From contig CAIIXF020000001.1 in the NCBI GenBank assembly GCA_903813345.2, positions 36,890,001 through 36,954,000 on the forward strand: a DNA stretch of 64,000 nt. Reading direction: 5' to 3'. How positions within the stretch are numbered: position 1 is the first letter of the stretch; each line of letters opens with the position of its first letter. The translations under genes and the position numbers were made by a program. The notes under the pieces are model-generated. The model searched no databases and was not told where the DNA came from. It saw only the letters and a program-made list of their open reading frames with translations. This DNA is from Owenia fusiformis. Its lineage: Eukaryota. Of this stretch, positions 27,688 through 38,906 are shown piece after piece.

Positions 27688-29638
27688 AGGGTTTGTATAA
27701 AAAACCGGGTACCGGGTAGTAAATCCTCCATGCTGGGTTCAAACTTGGTACCCGGTACCCGGTCAAAAAAACGGGTACCCAAAAAACGAAAAATACGAAT
27801 ATACAGGGTGTCCCAGAACTCATGAGAATTTTTTGAGGGAGATATAAGGCATGGGTGGTTTTTCTTCAAATTTGGTACACTTATTAAACACACATTGAGG
27901 AATAACTAACATGAATTTCAGGCACATATCTTTTATATTTCCGAATTTATTGACATTTGAATTCTACATCGCCACAAACCCTGGAGTAGTCAGAGAAATA
28001 CAACAATTTACGTCACATTTTGATAATATTTACACAACTTCTCTACTCTAATAGCATTGTTTTCATTGAATTATTTTAGTGTTTCAGTACATTAGTTAAT
28101 AGGATCATACACATTCAGCTAACGTATCTCTACAGGAGTTATTATAGCATATTATCTGCAGTTGATGTCGTCTTTTCAGCTACTCTATACACATTCCCAA
28201 ATCGTCCAATAGCCATTTCTGTAGGGTCCTCTGAAACAACATGACTCAATTCATCCTCCGTTTCAGTGACATGGCTCACTAATCTTTGAATAAGGTCCCC
28301 AAAGAAATCAAAAGTCTAGAAGAGAAAAATAGTGCAAGTATATAGAGCTACTCTATACTGTGGAGTCTCAATAGAAAGTAAATTGGATGCACTACAGACA
28401 CGCGCGAGTGACTTATTCACCGGTGCATTGTCAATATGCAAGATCATATTGGCTAGCAAATGAGGACATTTCTTTCAGTCCCTCAGGAACATGTCATTAT
28501 GATATTTTAGCAAACCAAATGTACAGTCTGTTGATGTATTGGGTCTCTATCAAAGTTTATATATTGTTTTATCAAAGTGCATCATCAATATGAGAAAAAT
28601 GCTGAACTAAGCTCATACAAAAAACGTTAGTTTTATAGTTGAGAATCTGTATAAAATTGACAAAATGTGACATAAACTGTTGTATTTTCCCGATAACTCC
28701 GGGGTTTGTGGCGATGTAGAATTCAAATGTCAATAAATTCGGAAATATAAAAGATTTGTGCCTGAAATTCATGTCAGTTATTCCCCAAAGTGTGTTTAAG
28801 AGGTGTACCAAATTTGAAGAAAAATCACCCATGTCTCATGTCTACCTCAAAAAATTCTCATGAGTTCTGGGACACCCTGTATAACATAATTAGATTATGA
28901 GAAAACGTGTAAGATTTGTTTTGAATTTGCAAAAATGTATGTAACATGATTCAAAATTGAGCTAGAAGCTTCAAATAAAAAGCATATTTTAAGGCACTTT
29001 TCTTCCTCTATCGTTATGGCCATATTTTCATTGGTTATGGGGGGGGGGGGTGCGATCGCACCCTCTTCTGGCTACGCCTATGACATTGTAAGACATAACA
29101 ATTTACAATTCAGTGGACATTTTGTCATAAATTGGGATAACTTAAATTATGATTAATAATCAAAATCTTACACGTTGCATCATGCAAATTAACACACGTC
29201 ACCTCTCTGCTAAAGCAACGATAGCTATTTACAGATTTAAATCATAATCAAAACAATTCACGTACCAACATACGAACTATTGAAAATAGAGTAAGATTGA
29301 TTTGTCTTGTTTTTCAAATCGTCTTACAATGTCATTGGCGTAGCCAGGTGGGGGTGCGATCGCAACCCCCCCCCACCCATAAATACCAATGGAAATATGA
29401 CCAAGATGATAGAGGAAGAAAAGAGCCTTAAAATGCTTTTTATTTGAAGCTTCTAGCTCAATTTTGAAGGAAGTTACATACATTTTTGTAAATTCAAAAC
29501 AAATCTTACACGTTTTCTAATGATCTAATTATGTTGTGTATTCGTATATTTCGTTTTTTGGTTTTTTTCGACCGGGTACCAAGTTTGAACCCAGCATGGA
29601 GGATTTACTACCCGGTACCCGGTTTTTATACAAACCCT
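27688..29638. mobile_element. hAT-type foldback MITE with 8-bp TSD
   Basis: ATCTAGAA|AGGGTTTGTATAAAAA...TTTTTATACAAACCCT|ATCTAGAA; inverted arms of about 300 bp once the inner insert is removed. Confidence 0.85.
27804..28879. mobile_element. Tc1/mariner-type MITE with about 210-bp TIRs
   Basis: TA|CAGGGTGTCCCAGAACTCATGAGAATTTTTTGAGG...CCTCAAAAAATTCTCATGAGTTCTGGGACACCCTG|TA. Confidence 0.9.
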
Positions 29639-29997
29639 ATCTAGAAAATTAACCTCATTCCCTATAATTTGATGTAGATTAATCGAACCCCTATATCATG
29701 GGCTTTCAATTGAAAGCACGTACCTACAGTATATGAATAGGTACATTTTAATATATAACATTATGGGGGTAAGCGTTTCATAGTTGGACATCCTGCAAAT
29801 TTAGGTGGATGTCCCGCGACTGAAATCCCGCAAATTTAGGGCACTTTGTCTAAAAAATCTGTCCCTCTATGAAGTTTTTGGTGGTACACCTGTTAACTGT
29901 CCCGCAATTAGGGTGTTTGTCCCTCGAATGGTCCCGCGAAATCCCGCGAATTTGATAAAAAAAATCTCCTATTAGCGCAATCACGCAAATCCCTTAA

Positions 29998-30400
29998 GGT
30001 ACAGCTGGAAAGTAACATTTTGGTAATAAATTGCTATACCTGCACATGTTATTTTCTGGTACAAAATAAAGTATGAAGGCATGTGTCAATTTCCTTGCTT
30101 TTTTCAGGAAAGTATCATTACATTGTCTTCTTTTAGAATATCTGGTAGGCGTTCAATGGAACCTCCAGGAAATTCTGATATTTCACACTTTCTATTTTTC
30201 CAAATTTTCTTTCAAAGTTTCCAGACAACACAGGAGCTACCATTGACCTGTTTCTAGATATTCTAAAAGAAGACAGTGTAATGATACTTTCCTGAAAAAA
30301 GCAAGGAAATACACACATGCCTTCATACTTAATTTTGTACCAGAAAATAACATGTGCAGGTATAGCAATTTTTACCAAAATGTTACTTTCCAGCTGAACC
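29998..30400. mobile_element. TTAA-flanked palindromic MITE (Kolobok-like)
   Basis: TTAA|GGTACAGCTGGAAAGTAACATTTTGGTAA...TTACCAAAATGTTACTTTCCAGCTGAACC|TTAA; about 150-bp arms. Confidence 0.85.
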
Positions 30401-31294
30401 TTAAATGTCCCGCAAAATCCCGCGAATTTAGTAGATGTCCCGCAAAATCCCGCGAATTTTGGGCACTGGGTCTAAAAAATCTGTCCCGCGAGAAAATCTT
30501 TAGGGGTTGACAGTACTGGATTCTAATACTATTCCAAAAAGGAGACAGATTATACAGCATTTGATTGTGAATGATTGACAGATTCCCCGGGACAGATTCA
30601 AACACACAGACTGAGAATACAGAGAGAAAATCCCACCCCTAATCTCTTTGCCACTATATGGGACAGAAGTTGGATTAACTAAAGAAAAGAAACTAGCTGA
30701 TATGAATGCCTAAATGTGATATACAAACCTTTTCTGCCATGACTTTGTTTGGTTTTGCTCAAGCAGGATCGACACACATGCCATCTATTATTATTGGAAT
30801 TCCCTCCTAAAATGAATTCGTTGATTGGTCAACTATTGTCAGGTGACCATTATATGAGGGAATACGTTAAGATGGCGGGTTAAACTTCAAAACATATTTT
30901 TACAAATTTAGTAACAATTGTATATAACGAGATAAGTGTAAGTACCAAACTTCTATGAGTATAGTCGATTTTAATTGTGTATTAATTATGTTTGAATAAA
31001 ATACAAATTGTTGTGATTGTTGAATGTGGCTATGTATAGACTAGTCAACAGATAAAGTTTTTTTTGAAATTTTTTGATAAAAATTAAAATAAGTTAGAAT
31101 CTAGCCTAAGCTTACAGTCTGCCAAGTCTGTGCCCTCTTGTAATTTGAGGTCTGTCCGACATGTTATTTCTTTCAGAATAACATGGCAGAGTTACCATAT
31201 TCTATGTCCAGTGTGGCCATAGAATATAAATAAGACAATCTTTGTTGTTTTGAATTTGCCTTTAATTGCCCAGCCGTCTTATATTTATTTACAA

Positions 31295-31977
31295 TAACTG
31301 CAAATAAATCAAATAAAGTTTTAGGAGTAATAAAACGAAGCTACAAGTATATTGATGAGGACTCACTTAAGCTACTCTTCAATGGCCTTGTTCGTCCAAT
31401 CTTGGAATATGGGAACTCAGTTTGGAGCCCACAGTATAAAAAAGACATTGAAGCCATTGAAAACATACAGAGGAGAGCAACAAGACTTTTACCAAACCTC
31501 AGGCAATTAACATACCCCGAAAGACTAGCCACACTTGACATGACAACATTAGCATTTAGAAGGTTACGAGGAGACATGATTGAGATGTACAAGATCATGA
31601 ACAATTTCTACGACATCAACCCCAAGACTATCTTTCCCCAATTGAACAATATAACAAGACAACCAGCAAGAGGACATACAATGTACCTAAAACGACAACA
31701 CTGTAGACTTAACACGAGGCAGCATTTCTTTTCCAACAGAGTCATATCACCCTGGAACAAACTGCCTGAATATGTTATCCAAGCAAAAAGTGTTGACCAG
31801 TTCAAGAACAGGTTGGATGACCATTGGTACAGCCATCCACTGAAATTAGACTGGGAGCATAAGCCTTAACTGAATATATGCCAAAAATTGACTTGATGTG
31901 TATACGAAATACACACACCCATACAGGCAAAAGGCTACATAAGCCTACAAGCCGGTGTTTTTCTTATCTTATCTTAT
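31295..31977 (+). mobile_element. 5'-truncated CR1/L2-like LINE 3' end
   Basis: NKSNKVLGVIKR...LVRPILEYGNSVWSP...IENIQRRATRL...RRLRGDMIEMYKI...FFSNRVISPWNKLP...FKNRLD, followed by a (TCTTA)n tail near 31962-31976. Confidence 0.9.
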
Positions 31978-32721
31978 GTTATCTTTGATGTAAACATAAT
32001 AAACTCACCTTCATTGATCTTTACACGCAGTCCTAGTTCATACATTCGTCTACTTCGCAGGATGTTTACTCACAAAAATTAAGTTAAAACTGAAAGAAAT
32101 ATTTTATAACAAGCGCGGCCATCTTGTCTTTTCGCTATAGCGGAAATAAGGCATGCTTTCAAAATGGAGAACGGGACAACGTCTATTTTAAATGAAAACG
32201 TTCAATATCTCATCAACAAGACAAGCCATTACCATTTCAATTCTTGAAATATTAACAGGACGGTTTTTAGAATATTACTTAAAATCATTGGATGGCGGCT
32301 AAAGATTTTACAATAGTTCACGGTGTTCCAGATGGAATTACTTCTAGTCAAGAATTGGCTAGAGACTCGAGTAATGGCCGAGAAGCATCAAAATATAAGA
32401 GGTTACAGACTTTATAAGCCAATCGTGCAATATGAATATATTTTTCTATATATTATTGCATAATAATATTTAGACTTCTTATTTTTTTAAGTTCAAATCA
32501 TAGGCTAAGGTCGATAGAAATAATTTTTAAATAAAGATGGCATGGTAATCGATCTGTGTTTATCTATGTTTCTCATAGAAAAAGATATATACTGGATTCT
32601 TTCTGGTGCTGCCATCTTTATATCGGCCCAGAACCTATGGTTCAAATGGTTGCCTTGAGGCAGTTTAACAGACACTGACTATAGGCTAGGTATCTAGATC
32701 TAGCCTATAAGTTATTTTTAT

Positions 32722-33466
32722 GAGGACACACCATTGGTCTGAATCTCATTTGTCCGAGTCCCAATGGTCTGAATCTCAATCATCTGAATCCCAATCATCC
32801 AAATCCCAATTGTCTGACTGAATGTGATATTTTTGAGGGACCACAAGGAAATACCATGATAGAAAAACTTTGCTCGATGTCTTAGCTTCAAGTTTCTAAA
32901 ATCTGCCTTCAATTCTGTTGACCAAATCTAGATGCGAATGACGTTTCTTTATGTGCAGATACATTTAGGGATACGGTAAACACAAAAATGGGGCTTTTGT
33001 ACGTGTTGGATAATAACATATCTAATTTTAACATTCAAGTAAATTGTTGAACATAATAATCGCAATAGAGACGTTTCGCATGTCGCAACATTTCAAGCAT
33101 TAGATATCAAAATCCGTAACGCATCGCTATAGAAAATGTGTAATGTATCTCTGACTATCTCAGCTCATTGAGTATGTGGTATAAAGGGTGTCTATAAAGT
33201 ACAGTAGAACCTGTGTATCTAAACACCTGGCTAATCCGAACACCTCCCAATCTGAGCATTTTTTTTGGTCCCATTTTTTCCTCCCATTGACTTCCATGTT
33301 AAAAAAACCTTGAAATGTGAACTCCTCTCAATTTGAAGAGTGAACAGTCATATTTGAAAAGACAAATGGGATTCGGACCATTGGATTCGAATGATTGGGA
33401 TTCGGACGATAGGGATTCGGAACATTAGGATTCGAACCAATAGATTCGGACCTATGAGGTGATCCC
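32722..33466. mobile_element. Element bounded by inverted arrays of about 16-bp repeats
   Basis: Left (ccattggtctgaatc)n at 32730-32820; right (gggattcggaccatt)n at 33365-33455. A pogo-like fragment (tacagtagaacc...) lies inside near 33200. Confidence 0.55.
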
Positions 33467-33963
33467 ATTTGTATATGGCTCATTGACCGTGATCAACATC
33501 ATGTGCATGTGGTCAGGTGGTGCATTTGTTGAGTTTGTTCATTCTAAATTTAATGTAGTTGCTGAGCATTTTGAGCCTAACATGACTAAATGTCAGATAT
33601 GGTATATTTCTCTCAGGTATTCCTCATTGGTAAAAGTTTTTTGTTGTCCTTGTGGCAGTATTAAAGCGTACCTACACTAGGCCTAGTTTTTTGTTTACTG
33701 AAGCCGGAGGACGAACTTTGGCCACCTATACCAAATTTGTAAATAGAGGCCCTATTTTTCCACTAATAAGTTGGAGAAGGATTTTTGATGTGGTAAATCC
33801 CCTCAACCCCTTTGTTAATCTCATTTCACCTGGCTTCCCTTGATTGTCAGATATACCCCTCGCCATGTTATTTGTGCCTGACCCAATTTTTGTAATATTA
33901 ATTCTGAACCAAATCAACATGTGAATACTTTTGAATTTCTATTGCAGAATAAGGAAAGAAAAC

Positions 33964-36696
33964 ATGTTTTCCAAACGTATCAAAGAAGAAACTAGTCAAA
34001 GGTTATCTGGTGGTGATAAAATTTACGTCAGCTTGGGTTCAGGACCAGGAACTGTTTCAGCCACTGCTCAGAAAGGTTTCAACAAAATGAGAATTGATGA
34101 TGTCCTGTGTGATTATACCATCAAAGTGGAAGGAAAACAGTTAAAAGTTCATAAGGCCTTACTTGCAGCAGTCAGTGATTATTTTAGGTAAAACTGCACA
34201 TCATATGTCTCCGATAGATCTAATGTTAATTATAAACATGGAGTAATAGGGATCTTAATGAAATAAAATTTTAGTAAAGTCGGTAATGGCTAAAGGCCCT
34301 AAAGGGATAAAGCTCTTGCCTTCATATTAAAACTTTCATGACCATCCTTTTTGGTTTTAAATGTCCCTGAAATTTTGAATGGCTGGTAATGAGGTCATTC
34401 AGTTAAATTAGCTGCTCCTTGTCTAAGTACATTAAGATGTGTGTAGATAAGTTTAGTGGCATCTCCATCCTCTCTTAATCCCTTGTCAGTGACTTTAAGG
34501 ATACCGTTCACAAAGATTAAATGTCCTTAATTCAGTAATGTCACAGGTAAAAACAGGTGGAGCTTTATACATAAAGTACTTGAATTATCTTTGTAGGTCG
34601 ATGTTTACAGGGGGAATGCTAGAGTCGAAGCAGGACTTTGTTGAACTTAAGGATACTAGTGTTAGTGGAGTAGAAGCTGTACTAGATTTCATATACACAG
34701 GCGAGCTGGCAATCAACATTGAATGTGTCAATGATATATTAGCTACAGCATCTCTAACACAGGTACTGTAATAGAAGTTTGTATACCATGTATACTGTAT
34801 TATAAAAGCGCTATGGTTTGGGTCACATCTCACATTACTTTTCAAATTGTAAATTGTGGAATTTTGTAAATAAAGCATTCATTTTGTTTCTTGTGTATAC
34901 ATATGAGACATAGGCTTGCCATTTACAGTCCTTGATTTATATGCTGGATTTTAACATTGTAAATGCAGCATGGTCAATCTCTTGAAAATGGGTCACAAAT
35001 AGGTTCTATAATCATGAAAATAGTAGGACATCCAAAAGATGTGACCTGAAAGTTTTATATAGAATTTACGTTACCGTCCTTTTAGATATTTTTTTCAAAT
35101 TCTATATTATTAATTTATTTAGAAAAAAAATGTATATACAATAATAATACATGACTAATACTGACACCAAATGGCATATAAAATATATTAACTGATATTC
35201 CCCTTGGATTCTCATATCATCTGTTGTTATGAATATTTTATGAAACACTTGTCTTTGAAATTCCTAAACTGAAGATGACAAAATTGTATTGTACTTCATT
35301 GTTTCAGGTAGAAGATGCCTTGAAGTTATGTGAGCTATTCCTGCAGGATGCGCTAGACCCATATAACTGCCTTGAGGTGCTTAATATTGCTGATGTGTAC
35401 AACTTAGAAGACACCAAGCAACATTGTCAGCAGTATATCACTGGTAACTTTGAACGTATAACACATACAGACGAATTTAGTAAAATCACAGTGGAACAAC
35501 TAGAGCGTATTGTTTGTAGAGAAGATTTAGGGATTGATTCAGAATTGAATCTGTTCTTTAATTTAATGCTTTGGATAGCTTATGATCGACGTGAGAGAGA
35601 GAAACATGCTACTAGATTACTCAAGCATGTGCGTTTTGGATTGATTTCCCCTGAGGATATTGTTGATGAGATACAAGCTCATAGTATTATGAACACTAAC
35701 TCTGAGTGCCGAAAATTTGTAGATGAAGCACTGAAGTACCACGTGCTTCCTTTGAGACAACCCCTATCAAACATGCAATCTATACGTACCCAAGTCCGTG
35801 GAGAGCCTGCATTAATTGTGCATGATACAAATGAATCGCCTGAACAACTCAGACTTGTACCAAAAAACATGCAATGGGAGAAGCTTCCAAACGCTCCTCA
35901 GCTCCGTGTGTCAACTGCATCTCTTGCCACTCACAACAACTTTCTTTTTGTATGTGGAGGTAAAAAGACCCCAACTGCAGACCCCAATAATATACTACGG
36001 ATGTACAACCCTGCATCTGATAAATGGACAACATTGGCTAACATGAGGGAATGTAGAAGTGGCTTTCCACTTGTTGAGCTAGATGAGAAATTATATGCTC
36101 TTGGTGGGGAAACAGTGGATAGTATATGTACATCGACTGTTGAGCAGTACTGTATTGAAAAATGCAAGTGGCAGGATGTTAAACCTCTGCCCCAAGGGTT
36201 GATATCGCATGCAGCGTGTGCTTGTAAATCAAAGTTGTATGTGAGTGGTGGCTACAACACGTCGATACAGCGTCAATCAACCATGTATAGCTACCATCCA
36301 GCAATTGATAAATGGGACCATCTCCAGCCTATGATTAAGGTACGCTCACGACATACCATGTGCTCAAATAATGTTGATGAAGTGTTTGTGATTGATTGCT
36401 TAAGTGACCATATTGAGACATACAATGTTAACACAGATCAGTGGACATTACTTGACCGGGTTGACCTTGCAGCCCTCCATATATCACTACCAGTGCGTGA
36501 ATGTAGAATCGTCACAAACAATACTGATGTTTATTTCATCTCGGAACAAGTAGACGATCCAACAGACTCTACCAATTTCAAACTGGACTTAAAAAGCATG
36601 AGTGTTAGAAAATTCGAAAGATACACAGGTCTCGATTCAAAACCGTTTGGATATTTTTTGACAATACCTCTTAAAGGAGAACCTTTGAAATTGTGA
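33964..36696 (+). CDS. Kelch-like protein (BTB-BACK-Kelch), about 592 aa; exons 33964-34187, 34597-34762, 35308-36696
   Basis: BTB: LCDYTIKVEGKQLKVHKALLAAVSDYFRSMFTGGMLES and VLDFIYTG; BACK: LLKHVRFGLI; Kelch repeats: LFVCGG, LYALGG, LYVSGG..YSYHPAIDKW. Splice phases are consistent. Confidence 0.92.
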
Positions 36697-36969
36697 TTCA
36701 GAATCACGAATGCTCCCCTAGGAAATGGAAGAGCGCAACGCTGTGCACTCTGGGGAACCAATGTATTCCATTGATTATCTTTGAGAGTAAAGCTTTTTAT
36801 GAATCTAACTGTATCTGGCTATCATCATTTTTATGCAGAGGGGCAGCAGTTCATTAGCTTGAGTAGCGATAATAATTACCCCTTTTGGTCATCATGTTGA
36901 GTTTGCAATATAGAATGGAACTATAGTACTTCACACAATAATGTGTTAATCATTCCAATGAATTAAGTA

Positions 36970-37556
36970 CAGGGTGACACAAAAATGACACTCACCTTAA
37001 GTTGCATAACTTGTTTGTCTATTAACATAGACTTGTCCTTTGGCACATTTAAAGTAGACATAATGCGAAAGCTCCTCCAAATATTTCAGATGTGTAGCTC
37101 AAGTGGGTCAAATTTTATGAGTGTTATAACATTTGCCCTTAAGTCGTCCATTCCTTCGCAGACACACATGGATTCTACACAAAAAATGCCACCATGCTTT
37201 TGTAACATAACTTTGTAAATACTAATGATTATGGCTTGTACTTTCAGGGAAATGAAGTCCATTTATTAAACACAAAATAAAGTAGTTGTTATTGATAAAA
37301 TCGTAACTTATTTCCAAAATCATGATACAAAAGCTGGGTGTCATTTTTTGTGTAAGATCCAGTTGTGCCAGCAAAGGAATAGACAACACATTTTGAAACG
37401 CTCATAAATGTGCATCTAGGTGAGCTAGTCATCTGAAACTTCTTGTGGAGATGCAAAATGAAATTTAAATTTAATGTGTGAAAAAATTCAGAATTCCTTC
37501 AGACAAAAAAGTTATGAAACATTCTGTGGGTGGGTGTTAATTTTTGTGTCACGGGA
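36970..37556. mobile_element. Degenerate Tc1/mariner-type MITE downstream of the Kelch gene
   Basis: TA|CAGGGTGACACAAAAATGACACTCACC ... GGGTGGGTGTTAATTTTTGTGTCACGGG. Confidence 0.55.
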
Positions 37557-37781
37557 TACTTGTAGAAAAGTCAACCATCCATTCCATTTTTATAGAAAAC
37601 AAAGGTTGCGACAAAGTATGTTGGTGATGCATATTGCTTGGTAATATGCTTTTTAGAAATACTAGGTATTGACTTTAAAACTGTCATGAATTTATTTCTT
37701 GCACCTTGTCAACTGTGAATACTAACAGTTGTAATGAGGTTAGTTGAATTGCAATATATATGGTTCATTGTATGGATGAAG

Positions 37782-38355
37782 TTTTTCATGAGATTTTGTC
37801 CCAAATAACTGCTTAAAAATAAGACTGGACCAAATAACTTCTTAAAAATAAGACTGTACCAAATAACTGCTTAAAAATAAGACTGTACCAAATAACAGTT
37901 TAGAAATAAGACTGTACCAAAAAATAACTGCTTAAGAATAAGACTCTGTACCAAATAACTGCTTAAAAATAAGACTGTACCAAATAACTGCTTAAAAATA
38001 AGACTGTACCAAATAACAGTTTAGAAATAAGACGGCACCAAATAACTGCTTAAGAATACAATGTAAGACTCTGTACCAAATAACTGCTTAAAAATAAGAC
38101 TCTGCACCAAATAACTGCTTAAAAATAAGACTCTGTACCAAATAACAGTTTAAAAATAAGACTCTGTACCAAATAACTGCTTAAAAATAACATAATTTGT
38201 ATTTGTATATCAACATTTGTAAGCTGTTACTTGGTACAGATTCTGAATATTTAAACAGTAATTTGGTACAAAGGCTGTATATTTTTACAATATTATGGTG
38301 CAGTCTTATTATTAAGCAGATATCTGGTTATTTGGTGCAAAATCTCATCAAAAAT
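37782..38355. repeat. About 29-31-bp tandem array (about 13 copies, 37800-38190) inside an inverted-repeat element
   Basis: Unit CCAAATAACTGCTTAAAAATAAGACT(CT)GTA; degenerate reverse-complement units at 38220-38340; ends atgagattttgtcccaaataac / gttatttggtgcaaaatctcat. Confidence 0.85.
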
Positions 38356-38906
38356 TGATCAACAAATCAATCAAAAGTGTATTCAGAATTCCACTTTCAT
38401 AATCTAGCAAAGAAATTAACTTTTTCTCTTTAATGAATCTCTACCACGAATTTTGTAGGCTATTTTGACTTTGGTATAGGCCTATGTAGAATCATTGTGA
38501 CCTTTATAATAGCACTGCTGACAACCGGCAAGTGAATAATCAACAGAATGAATTGTCAATCTATGTAATTTTTATCTAATACGATTATCCTATTTGTGCG
38601 ATTATTAGAATGGAGATGATAAATTAATCTGAAACTGGTGTACATTTATCACTGTTTACCAGGCACCAGCATTTGAGAAGGAATAGGTCATTCTAAGGGG
38701 ATGCGTGTACGTACTGTCAGAGAATTGAATGTTAAAAGTGCTTAAAGGAATGGGTTCAGATAATTTCGTTATTAACAAGTCTTACAAAGAATGCAAAAAT
38801 TGCGCACGACGCAATATCGAATTCAAAGATGTTCCATTTTACGTGAATATTCAATGGTTTCTTTCTTGGATAAATAAACATGTAACGTTATTTCAATGCT
38901 CTCCAG

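Larger units (their letters stand above)
27275..30518. mobile_element. Outer non-autonomous DNA transposon with CAG..CTG ends and 6-bp TSD (hAT-like), hosting three nested elements
   Basis: GATTCT|CAGAGCTGTCAA...TTGACAGTACTG|GATTCT; many TCCCGC subterminal motifs at both ends. Confidence 0.75.
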
